Shown here in pieces: positions 53,102 to 61,204 of a stretch of DNA of 64,000 bases (position 1 is the stretch's first letter; each line of letters opens with the position of its first letter). This DNA comes from Eubacteriales bacterium (lineage in GTDB: Bacteria; Bacillota; Clostridia; Oscillospirales; CAG-272): the NCBI GenBank assembly GCA_045594305.1, contig JAZNYH010000092.1, forward strand, positions 3,500 through 67,499. Reading direction: 5' to 3'. Under the pieces are notes generated by a model. That model saw only the letters and a program-made list of their open reading frames with translations. It was not told the DNA's origin and searched no databases. Position numbers and translations under genes: made by a program.

Positions 53102-55952
53102 TTTTATCCACCCATTTCTCGCAACCGAGGTAGGTACAGTCATCGAGGTTGGCAGACCATACCTCATGCTTGTAATGATCCCTGCGGTAATCCTTGCGAT
53201 CATTCCATTCTTCAGACTCCACAAGAGTCGTAGATACTCACTCAAACACATAGTTCCATTGTTCATTCATCTTATTATTCTTACATTGGCATCAGCTCTT
53301 ATCACAGATGTTCACATTGTTGAAACAACAACTGCACCTGAGGAAACAGAGATAGTAATTGTTGCCGATATGTCGGACTCCAACTCGGCGATGAAGGCGG
53401 AGATGAATGAATACATTTCAGGCGTTATTAACTCTGCTGACGAGGCAACCGATGTCGCAGTAGTAGTATTCGCAGATGAATCAATCTACCTTACAAAGTT
53501 CGGCGAAACCAAGGACGACTACTTAAAGGTATCCTCGAACGATGTAAAGGCTACCAACACGGATATTCAAGGAGCACTTGAATACGCCGAGGCACTCTTT
53601 GATCAAATCAATCCTGTAAACAAGAGAGTTCTTCTTATGTCCGACGGTAGACAAACCGTTGGTAATGCATGGAGTGCAGCTAAGAAGCTTTCAATGAACA
53701 GTATTCGTCTTGACGCAGTTTACTTTGATGTAACCAAAAAAGAGGGTAGTGCTGAGGTTCAGCTCCTTTCAATCAAGGCGTCTGAAATCAATGAAAAGAA
53801 CGCAAATGTATCTGTAACCATTTCGCTAAGATCAACCAAGGCAACAACCGGTAAGGTTGTGTTGTATGAAACACCTCAGGGCGGATCAGGCGAGGACATT
53901 AAGGTTTATGATGAAACCGTATCGCTCAAAAAGGGTGGTAACTCCTTCTCCTTCGAGTATATGGCTGACGGAGCAGGTATTCACTCTGTATACGCAACCA
54001 TCGAGGTAGAGGATGATACCGTTGAGCAAAACAACACCCTTTACTCTTGGTTTACCGTAGACGGCAAGGCACAAATCCTTCTTGTTGACGGTGACGGCAA
54101 GCAGACAGGTAATAAGATAACCAGCCTTCTTGATGATTACGATTACGAGGTAATAGACACAAAGGACTTCCCAACATCTATGGAGGACCTTCTCGCATAC
54201 GACGAGGTTGTTCTTATGAACATTGACTTTGCCGAAATGCCAGCAGGCTCAACTGATCTTATCAAGAGATATGTTGAGGAGGTAGGTCGTGGACTTGTAT
54301 ACACCTGTGGTAATAATTCCTACAAGAACAACGCTCTTGCAGATAACCCACTTGTGGATATTCTCCCTGTTGACCTTAAAATTGACGAGCGTCGTGAGAC
54401 CATCGCTACTATTATCACTGTTGACCTTTCATCATCAATGGGTGCTGAGGTTACAAATCAGACAAATAAGCATGGCGAGAAGATGACTCGTTATGACATG
54501 GTTCTTGAAAGTGTTATTAAGCTTCTCGATACCGATGAGTTTACACCCGAGGACTATGTAGGCGTTATCGTATTCGATACTGACGCAACAATCGCTCTTC
54601 CTATCACTCAGCTTAGTGAAAAGGAAGCGATGAAGGTAACCCTTGAGCAATCCTTTGAGGAATACTTCTACGAGCATTCCGACGAGTCAAAAGCAAGCTA
54701 TTCAAATCGTAGGCGTGCAGACGGCGGAACAAGGGATGCAAATGGTTATGTAATTAAGGCTTATGGTACTAACTATGGTACAGCAATAAGCAGAGCAAAC
54801 ATTCTTCTTGATGAGAGCGAGGCAGACCTTAAACAAATGGTATTCCTCTCCGATGGTGCACCACAGGATAAGGGCTCAGGCTACGACACAACCATCAAGA
54901 GAATGGCAAACGCAGGTATTCTCACATCTACCATCGGTATAGGTAACCTTAAGGATGCTGAGGTTGAGGAGCTTGCAAATCTTGCTACAATAGGACACGG
55001 AAAGTTTACAAAGGTTCAAAGCTCACTCGACCTTACACAATCACTTCTTCAGGTTGCAGAAACAATCAAGGGTGATTACAAGAACGAGCGTCCAACCAAG
55101 CTCGAAAAGAGAAAGGACGGAAAGGTGCTTGTAGGCTTGAAGGGTGAGGACCTTGATACAATCGGTGGCTACTATGGTACAACAATTAAAAACGGCGCAG
55201 ATATGATTATCTCCGCTGATGACCTTCGTCCTATTATCGCTGAATGGGATGTAGGAAACGGACACACCACGGTATATATGAGTGACCTTGGTGGTGTTTG
55301 GTCAACTGCATTGTTTACCACAGCCGATGAGATTGATAACCAGATAATCGTAAAGAACCTTCTTGTTAACTCTCTCAACGCAGATGTTGGAGCAAGTGGT
55401 CTTACTATAACAAGTGAGCGTGTTGACGGTACAACAAGACTTACCGTTGAGACACTTAAAAGAATAAGAGACGACGAAAGACTCGTTGCATATGTAACAG
55501 ACGCAAACGAGAACACCGTCGAGGTAACTGACTTTACCCGTGTAGCTGACACCAAGTACAGAAAGGAAATCGAAACAAGCGATGAGTCCGGAACATATCT
55601 TATCGAGATAAGACTTGTAAACGACGACAACTCAATGCTTGATAAGGCAAATTACGCAGTAGTAGGCTTCTATGCCGATGAATACGACCTCTTTACAATA
55701 GACGGTAAGAGCGTAATGGAGGACCTTTCCGCAGCAGGTGATGGCGAGGTAATGAAGGATGTTGCAGGATTCTTTGATATTGTCAAGGATGAATTCTACG
55801 AATTCGAGCACAACATCTCAACACCATGCGTTCTCGCAATTCTTATATTGTTCTTAATCGACCTATTCTTCCGTAACTTCGCACCTAAGAAGGAAAAGAA
55901 GAAGAAGATTATGACCGATGAGGAGCAATACGCTTCAATGAGAGGAAGATAA
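53091..55952 (+). CDS. Membrane protein with two vWA domains flanking a GATase1-like region
   Basis: N-terminal TM segments, MIDAS motifs DMSDS (IVIVADMSDS) and DLSSS (IITVDLSSSMG), and a C-terminal TM plus basic tail. The start overlaps the upstream gene by 11 nt. Confidence 0.8.
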   Translation: MSSNFIHPFLATEVGTVIEVGRPYLMLVMIPAVILAIIPFFRLHKSRRYSLKHIVPLFIHLIILTLASALITDVHIVETTTAPEETEIVIVADMSDSNSAMKAEMNEYISGVINSADEATDVAVVVFADESIYLTKFGETKDDYLKVSSNDVKATNTDIQGALEYAEALFDQINPVNKRVLLMSDGRQTVGNAWSAAKKLSMNSIRLDAVYFDVTKKEGSAEVQLLSIKASEINEKNANVSVTISLRSTKATTGKVVLYETPQGGSGEDIKVYDETVSLKKGGNSFSFEYMADGAGIHSVYATIEVEDDTVEQNNTLYSWFTVDGKAQILLVDGDGKQTGNKITSLLDDYDYEVIDTKDFPTSMEDLLAYDEVVLMNIDFAEMPAGSTDLIKRYVEEVGRGLVYTCGNNSYKNNALADNPLVDILPVDLKIDERRETIATIITVDLSSSMGAEVTNQTNKHGEKMTRYDMVLESVIKLLDTDEFTPEDYVGVIVFDTDATIALPITQLSEKEAMKVTLEQSFEEYFYEHSDESKASYSNRRRADGGTRDANGYVIKAYGTNYGTAISRANILLDESEADLKQMVFLSDGAPQDKGSGYDTTIKRMANAGILTSTIGIGNLKDAEVEELANLATIGHGKFTKVQSSLDLTQSLLQVAETIKGDYKNERPTKLEKRKDGKVLVGLKGEDLDTIGGYYGTTIKNGADMIISADDLRPIIAEWDVGNGHTTVYMSDLGGVWSTALFTTADEIDNQIIVKNLLVNSLNADVGASGLTITSERVDGTTRLTVETLKRIRDDERLVAYVTDANENTVEVTDFTRVADTKYRKEIETSDESGTYLIEIRLVNDDNSMLDKANYAVVGFYADEYDLFTIDGKSVMEDLSAAGDGEVMKDVAGFFDIVKDEFYEFEHNISTPCVLAILILFLIDLFFRNFAPKKEKKKKIMTDEEQYASMRGR

Positions 55953-55980
55953 TCTCTCAATTTCTAAATTCTCAAAAAAA

Positions 55981-56012
55981 GGGCAAGCACATCTTGTGCT
56001 TGTCCTTTGATT
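55981..56012 (+). terminator. Intrinsic terminator after the vWA operon
   Basis: Stem GGGCAAGCAC / GTGCTTGTCC followed by a T-rich stretch. Confidence 0.7.
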
Positions 56013-56096
56013 TTTATACTTAGCTTAAATGAAAAAAAGACACAGCCTTGCCCAACTTCTCATAAGGAAGTTGGGCAGTTTTATTCGCATGTGGCG

Positions 56097-56248
56097 AGTG
56101 GTATTGCTTCGCAGTGATATTCGGTATACGCCGAGTGATATTCGCTGTGCGAGTTTTGGCGGCGAATAAAATATCACTGAAGCCATAAGGCTTCAATATC
56201 ACTATTGCGTAAGCGATAATATCACTCCGACAAAGTCGGAATATAACT
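56097..56248. repeat. Iteron-like array: seven copies of the 9-mer AATATCACT (three inverted, four direct)
   Basis: Reverse-complement copies lie at 56097-105 (degenerate), 56113-121 and 56134-142. Forward copies lie at 56170-178, 56195-203, 56218-226 and 56240-248 (AATATAACT). Spacing is 16-25 bp. Two spacers are perfect mini-hairpins (GAAGCC-ATAA-GGCTTC and CCGAC-AAA-GTCGG). Confidence 0.8.
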
Positions 56249-56249
56249 A

Positions 56250-56278
56250 TTGCTCTTTCTGCCAATCTATGATATAAT
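56250..56278 (+). promoter_or_regulatory. Extended -10 promoter abutting the iteron array
   Basis: TTGCTC, 17-nt spacer, TGaTATAAT. Confidence 0.55.
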
Positions 56279-56388
56279 ATATTTAGTGTTATATGGGTAT
56301 GGGCTTTGCCCTATGCTGCTGTAATGCAATGGCGAAACTGGCGATAAAAATAGAAAGATAAATAAGAATTTGACGAAAGGACACCAAT

Positions 56389-56862
56389 ATGGAAAGAGTT
56401 ATTTCGAAAAAAGATTTTCAATATTACACAATGCTCAAAAAAATACTTTTTGATTTAGATTTAGCAAACAAAGAGTATTGGTGGTTAATATGTGATTATG
56501 AAGCTCACCCGTCAAAGAAAGAAATTGAGGACTTTTTATACAAAGAAGACTATGTGTTAATAAAAACCTCGGATTTGCTAAAGATGTTAGAAGAAGACGA
56601 TTTTCAATGGATATGGGCTGTTTTTTCTGTTATTCCTATAAAGCATACTAAAGAGGAAATATTAAATTATGATTTGCCACAACTGCAATTAATATATGAG
56701 GGAGAATACAATCCATTTATCGATGAACCTCGTTTACAGCATCCGTTAGCAGAGTTTGAATTGTACGCAGAAGATAGTTCATCTATGTTTCTGATTTCTA
56801 ATGATGAAGAATTACTGAGCAAATTTAAAAAAGCATATCCCAAATTCACTAATAATTATTGA
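56389..56862 (+). CDS. Hypothetical protein (157 aa), AT-rich orphan gene
   Basis: Clean ORF with RBS AAAGGA upstream. It is visibly more AT-rich than its neighbours. A 14-bp hairpin lies downstream (56891-56924). Confidence 0.6.
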   Translation: MERVISKKDFQYYTMLKKILFDLDLANKEYWWLICDYEAHPSKKEIEDFLYKEDYVLIKTSDLLKMLEEDDFQWIWAVFSVIPIKHTKEEILNYDLPQLQLIYEGEYNPFIDEPRLQHPLAEFELYAEDSSSMFLISNDEELLSKFKKAYPKFTNNY

Positions 56863-56992
56863 TTAACAAACTCCAATTTATTGAATAGAAAACCCCGATA
56901 GATTATTTACAATCTATCGGGGTTAATCTTTGTTTACTACCACGCAATTTCATTAAACTTCCTTATGAGAACCAGCCCGTAGCGGTGCTTTT

Positions 56993-57565
56993 TTATAAAA
57001 GCTGTTCTAATTCTTCCTTGGAATAAAGAATGTTTAATGCACTAAGCATAGCGTTTGGCGTCATATCCCTTGGTAGGGAAAGCCTTGTCAAAAGCTCCTC
57101 ACGCCTTTGGCTACTCTCAGCCCTGCCCGATAGCCCCCACGCATATAGGTCAGCCTTAGTAATTAGCGTACCCTGTGGCTTTTTTGGAGCGTCTGTGGTA
57201 AATGGAAAAAGCAGAGAAATAAGCACCTCATTGTCAATTCCCTCGACACCTAAAATGCCTTCCTTACCAGGAGCTCTTTTTCTCTTTTCCTTGCCACTTG
57301 TCTTTGGGATATAGAGGTTTATAAGAAGCTCAGGGTCAAGCCTTGTTTTAATGTGCGAGCGTATAAGATGCCCACCACCATCACTATCAGTTAGAAGAAT
57401 GATTTTACCCTCGCTCTGAGCAAGTCTTTTAAGCAAGGAGGTTAGCTCCTCGTTATTAAATATGCTAAATCCCCCCGTCGTAATAACGGTTGCATCAAAT
57501 AGCGAGCATATCTTTATCTTGTCGTATTTACCCTCGACAATGATAGGGTATTTTATTCTTTTCAT
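56993..57565 (-). CDS. Toprim-domain protein (RNase M5-like)
   Basis: IIVEGKYDKIKI....D..VITT.G and LLTDSDGGG..IR are Toprim acidic motifs. 190 aa. Confidence 0.6.
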   Translation of the reverse strand: MKRIKYPIIVEGKYDKIKICSLFDATVITTGGFSIFNNEELTSLLKRLAQSEGKIILLTDSDGGGHLIRSHIKTRLDPELLINLYIPKTSGKEKRKRAPGKEGILGVEGIDNEVLISLLFPFTTDAPKKPQGTLITKADLYAWGLSGRAESSQRREELLTRLSLPRDMTPNAMLSALNILYSKEELEQLL

Positions 57566-57573
57566 AAGCCCCC

Positions 57574-58611
57574 TTAAAGTGCACAGAGTAGGCTTAAAAG
57601 CCTTTCTATCGCACCATAGGCGTCAAGGTTCATAGCTGATTTAGATTGAATATCTGCATCTCTACAAAGCTCAAGAGCACGCTCAATCCTTGCAGGCGAG
57701 GTGCGAGCAATCCTTGTAAGATATTTTCCAACCTTGAACTCGTGAATTTTAAGGCTTTGCGAGATTTGAGCCTTAGAAAGTCCCATTGATTGTAGTCTGC
57801 AAACGGCATAAAGCTCCGTATACATTTTTACAATAGAAAAGAGTATTATATTCGGTGGCTCGTGATTGAGCTTTTGACGGCGTAGCGTCTCAAAAACTGC
57901 CTTTGTTTGTCCTTCAAGAAGAACATTTGTCAGCTGAAAATCATCGTATTCTATGCTCTTACAGCATACCTCGTCAATATGTGATTTTTCGATTGCAGGT
58001 AGATTGTTTTGCTTTGCGTACGCACAAAGCTTTTCAATCTCGTTTGTAAGAGCCCACATAGAGTGACCACACACATCAACAAGATACTGCGTGAGCGAGG
58101 CGTCAAACTCAACCTCACCCTCGGAGAAGTGTCTAAGCACCCACGACGCAAGTCGAGTACCCGTAGGGAAGGTAAATTCAACAGGCTTAAGAACTCTTGA
58201 AAGCTGTTTAAATGCCTCAGTAGGACGCTTAGGAGTGCCTGCGTCAAAGAGGTGAGAGTCAGCACGCAAAACGAGGACTGTGTGGTCGCAATCGCTAATT
58301 GCCTCAATAGCCTCGCATAGCTGAGATAGCTCGTCCTTTTTAAGAGCCTTAATGTCAAGCGAGCGAACCTCAACAAGCTTTTTCTCCGACATCATAGGAA
58401 GAGAGGCTATGGCGTTGCAAAGAGAGGCGGGGGTGTAGTCCTCGCCATAGATAACTATATGATTGAACTCATCAAAAACGCCATCAAGAACTCTTTTCTT
58501 GACCTCCTTTGCGTACGAGAGCTTCAAATAATCCTCATCGCCATAAAAGAGGTATCCACCAGAAAGAGCCTTTAACTCCTGCCTAAATTCTGCCTCAGTC
58601 ATCGTATTCAA
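57574..58611 (-). CDS. holA: DNA polymerase III subunit delta
   Basis: 345 aa. The N-terminus has YLFYGDEDYL, and the length and domain order are typical of HolA. Confidence 0.8.
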   Translation of the reverse strand: MNTMTEAEFRQELKALSGGYLFYGDEDYLKLSYAKEVKKRVLDGVFDEFNHIVIYGEDYTPASLCNAIASLPMMSEKKLVEVRSLDIKALKKDELSQLCEAIEAISDCDHTVLVLRADSHLFDAGTPKRPTEAFKQLSRVLKPVEFTFPTGTRLASWVLRHFSEGEVEFDASLTQYLVDVCGHSMWALTNEIEKLCAYAKQNNLPAIEKSHIDEVCCKSIEYDDFQLTNVLLEGQTKAVFETLRRQKLNHEPPNIILFSIVKMYTELYAVCRLQSMGLSKAQISQSLKIHEFKVGKYLTRIARTSPARIERALELCRDADIQSKSAMNLDAYGAIERLLSLLCAL

Positions 58612-59098
58612 CTTCCATTTTCATATCTGTTCTTTGGGCAACCGCACCCTTAATCTCCAAAACATACGAGATTTCGAGCACGCCCTGTGTCAAAATTCGG
58701 TTGTCAACCCTCTTTGCGTAAATACCAAGCTCAAATGGCATATACGGGGTGTTGTATACTGAAATTGTACGCTCACCCTGCGAAAAGAGCATAACGGTAT
58801 TTACCGAGCCTGAGCGAGTTATTGTAACCTCCTTAGGCTCATTTTTGTTAAAGACAATAACAACCTTAACCCCCTCCATACCACTATCGGCATTTTCGAA
58901 GTAGGTGATGCGAACATTGTCGCCCGAGATAGTCATAAGACCGTCAAAGTAGGTTGTTATAACATCAATCTCATCAGCACAAAGCCCCTCGTAGGGGTGT
59001 GTATGAAAAACAGGCTCATTTCCAAAAAAGGCACTGTCAAATAGCGAGATGCCTGCACTCTCACTCTGCCTTGTTGTAACTGCTATTTTACACTTCAT
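58595..59098 (-). CDS. DUF1934 (YwiB-like beta-barrel) protein
   Basis: 167 aa with alternating beta-strand pattern (VTITRSG...M.F..G......Y.TPYG-like, LEI.Y.L...G). Overlaps both neighbouring genes. Confidence 0.5.
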   Translation of the reverse strand: MKCKIAVTTRQSESAGISLFDSAFFGNEPVFHTHPYEGLCADEIDVITTYFDGLMTISGDNVRITYFENADSGMEGVKVVIVFNKNEPKEVTITRSGSVNTVMLFSQGERTISVYNTPYMPFELGIYAKRVDNRILTQGVLEISYVLEIKGAVAQRTDMKMEVEYDD

Positions 59099-59955
59099 TT
59101 CTTAATAATCAACTCTGGTAGCTTGATGCTTACCCTTGCATTGTCTGCAACGCTTTCAGTAATAAATGAGTTACCACCAATAACTGCACCCTCGCCGATA
59201 ACAGTATCGCCACCGAGAATAGACGCACCTGAGTATATGGTAACATTGTCCTTAATGGTTGGGTGTCTTTTAACGCCCGAGAGAATTTGTCCCTTTCTTG
59301 GAGAAAGAGCACCGAGGGTAACACCCTGATACAGACGCACACGCTTGCCGATAACGGTGGTTTCACCGATAACAATACCCGTACCGTGGTCGATAAAGAA
59401 GTATTCGCCAATCGTAGCACCAGGGTTAATATCAATACCCGTTAGGCTATGAGCGTGCTCAGTCATAACACGAGGAACGAGAGCAACGCCGTCCTCGTAG
59501 AGCAAATGAGCCACTCTGTATACGAAAATTGCGAAAAATCCGGGGTAAGAGAAGATGATTTCCTCCCTGCTTTGAGCAGCAGGGTCACCCTCAAATGCCG
59601 CCTCGGCATCTGTTATAAGGATTTTGTGAATATTGGGAAGCTCGCTAACAAAGCGAGATGCAATTTTCTCTGCCTCTGCACTAACATCTCCGTCCTTTTT
59701 GAAGGATAGAGCAAGTGAGATTTGCTTTTTAATTCTGCCATATATTGAATATAGAAGTGGCTCTGCAAACGCCACAGAGTCCCCCTTTGCCTCGTTTGGA
59801 GCAAAATAAGCAGGGAACATAAGTCTTTTTACATCGTTCAAAACGCTAATTATTTCATCTCTATCAGGAAGGGCAAGCTCTGAGCCAATCATTTTAAGGG
59901 GGCTACCCTTGTAGGACTCAGCCATATCCTTTGCTATCTTGGTAATATCTAACAT
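59095..59955 (-). CDS. cysE: Serine O-acetyltransferase (EpsC/CysE type)
   Basis: Left-handed beta-helix hexapeptide repeats (GIDINPGATIGEYFFIDHGTGIVIGETTVIG..V.LYQGVTLG). The ATG at 59955 is preceded by AAGGAG. Confidence 0.85.
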   Translation of the reverse strand: MLDITKIAKDMAESYKGSPLKMIGSELALPDRDEIISVLNDVKRLMFPAYFAPNEAKGDSVAFAEPLLYSIYGRIKKQISLALSFKKDGDVSAEAEKIASRFVSELPNIHKILITDAEAAFEGDPAAQSREEIIFSYPGFFAIFVYRVAHLLYEDGVALVPRVMTEHAHSLTGIDINPGATIGEYFFIDHGTGIVIGETTVIGKRVRLYQGVTLGALSPRKGQILSGVKRHPTIKDNVTIYSGASILGGDTVIGEGAVIGGNSFITESVADNARVSIKLPELIIKK

Positions 59956-60105
59956 ACTAAGCTCCTTAAAAACTCTTTTCTTTAATAATAACACAACAAC
60001 TTGAAAATATCAAGGAATTGTAGTATAATTTTATTATATTAGTCTTAAAATCTTCAAGGCTTTGATTTGAAGCTAATAGTATTAGATGAAAATGAGGTGA
60101 TATGT

Positions 60106-60900
60106 GTGAAAATAGAGCTTGAAACGGTGCAAAACTCCCGTGACCTTGGCGGACTTACAACTCCTGATGGCTCTCGCTTGAAAATGGGGCGTGTGTTGCG
60201 TACTGCAAATATGTCGATGCTAAATCAGCACGATATAGACCTTTTACGCTCATATGATTTGAGGCTTGTGCTTGATTTTCGCACACAAACTGTAATAAAC
60301 GCCACACCTAATGTCAAAATAGAGGGCGTGGAGTATGTGCATATTCCAATTGTCAAGGACTTAAACTCTCGTGTTATGAGCAAGGGCGACTATGAGAGCC
60401 GTACAATGGCGGATATTCTTTTGACCTTCTCGCAGGATTTTTGTGGCAAGGGCGTTTTGTGGATGAGAGATTTTTACAAGAACCTCTATTCAAGCGACTA
60501 TTCGCTATCGCAGTATAAAATATTTTTTGATTATATGAAAAATAACACACAGGGTGCAGTAATTTTCCATTGTACCGCAGGCAAGGATAGAACAGGCGTT
60601 GGAGCGATTTTGTTCCTTACTGCCCTTGGAATAGATAGAGAGCAGATAATTTGCGATTACCTTGAAACAAACAAGAGCGTAGAGGCAGATATAAGGGCAA
60701 CCGAGGCTCTTGGCAGAGAAAGAGGAGTGAGTCAGTGCGTAATAGATGATATTGCAAAAATCAATGGCGTTCTTCGTGAATATGCCGACGCAGTATTCTC
60801 GTATATCGACACATATCCCACCCCCGAGGACTTTTTCAAGGACAAAATGGGCATTGATAAGACATACCTTGCCCAGCTCAGAGAAAACTATCTTGAATAA
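60106..60900 (+). CDS. Protein-tyrosine phosphatase (Y_phosphatase3 family)
   Basis: Contains N.RDLGG and the catalytic loop HCTAGKDRTG. The GTG at 60106 follows GAGGTGA; a TTG at 60067 is also possible. Confidence 0.78.
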   Translation: MKIELETVQNSRDLGGLTTPDGSRLKMGRVLRTANMSMLNQHDIDLLRSYDLRLVLDFRTQTVINATPNVKIEGVEYVHIPIVKDLNSRVMSKGDYESRTMADILLTFSQDFCGKGVLWMRDFYKNLYSSDYSLSQYKIFFDYMKNNTQGAVIFHCTAGKDRTGVGAILFLTALGIDREQIICDYLETNKSVEADIRATEALGRERGVSQCVIDDIAKINGVLREYADAVFSYIDTYPTPEDFFKDKMGIDKTYLAQLRENYLE

Positions 60901-60921
60901 CCCGCTAAGAGGAAAATTATT

Positions 60922-61173
60922 ATGTTTAAAAACAAAGCCCCTGATGGTAAAAATAATATTTGTGGAGAAAACATTTATAGGTTAAGGAAAATGCAATCAC
61001 CCAAAATGTCGCAAAGAATGTTGGCAGAAAGATTACAGCTTTTTGGAATAGATGTTGATAAAAACGCCATACAAAAGATTGAAAGCGGAGAAAGGTTTGT
61101 CACGGATATTGAGCTAATTGAGCTTGCGAGAATTTTCGGTGTAAGCTGTGATGAGCTTTTGAAAGGAAAATAA
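60922..61173 (+). CDS. XRE-family helix-turn-helix transcriptional regulator
   Basis: I..LR......SQ..LA..L........I.KIE.G.R...D.EL..LA..F.V..DELL. Confidence 0.8.
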   Translation: MFKNKAPDGKNNICGENIYRLRKMQSPKMSQRMLAERLQLFGIDVDKNAIQKIESGERFVTDIELIELARIFGVSCDELLKGK

Positions 61174-61204
61174 AAAGAACAGACACAGGTCTGTTCTTTT
61201 TTGT
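61172..61204. terminator. Bidirectional terminator
   Basis: Stem AGAACAGAC / GTCTGTTCT flanked by A5 and T7. Confidence 0.8.

Noticed and set aside
56097-56248. Possible CRISPR array (regularly spaced short repeats), also considered for 23361-23523
   Set aside because: The repeats are only 9 nt (or about 21 nt with irregular 50/90-nt spacing). Some copies are inverted, the spacers are 7-16 nt, and no cas genes are present. This is not CRISPR.
56020-56265. 81-aa minus-strand ORF overlapping the AATATCACT array
   Set aside because: Its sequence simply reflects the DNA repeat periodicity (DIIAYAIVIL, NITRRIPNIT). It has no RBS and overlaps two terminator hairpins.
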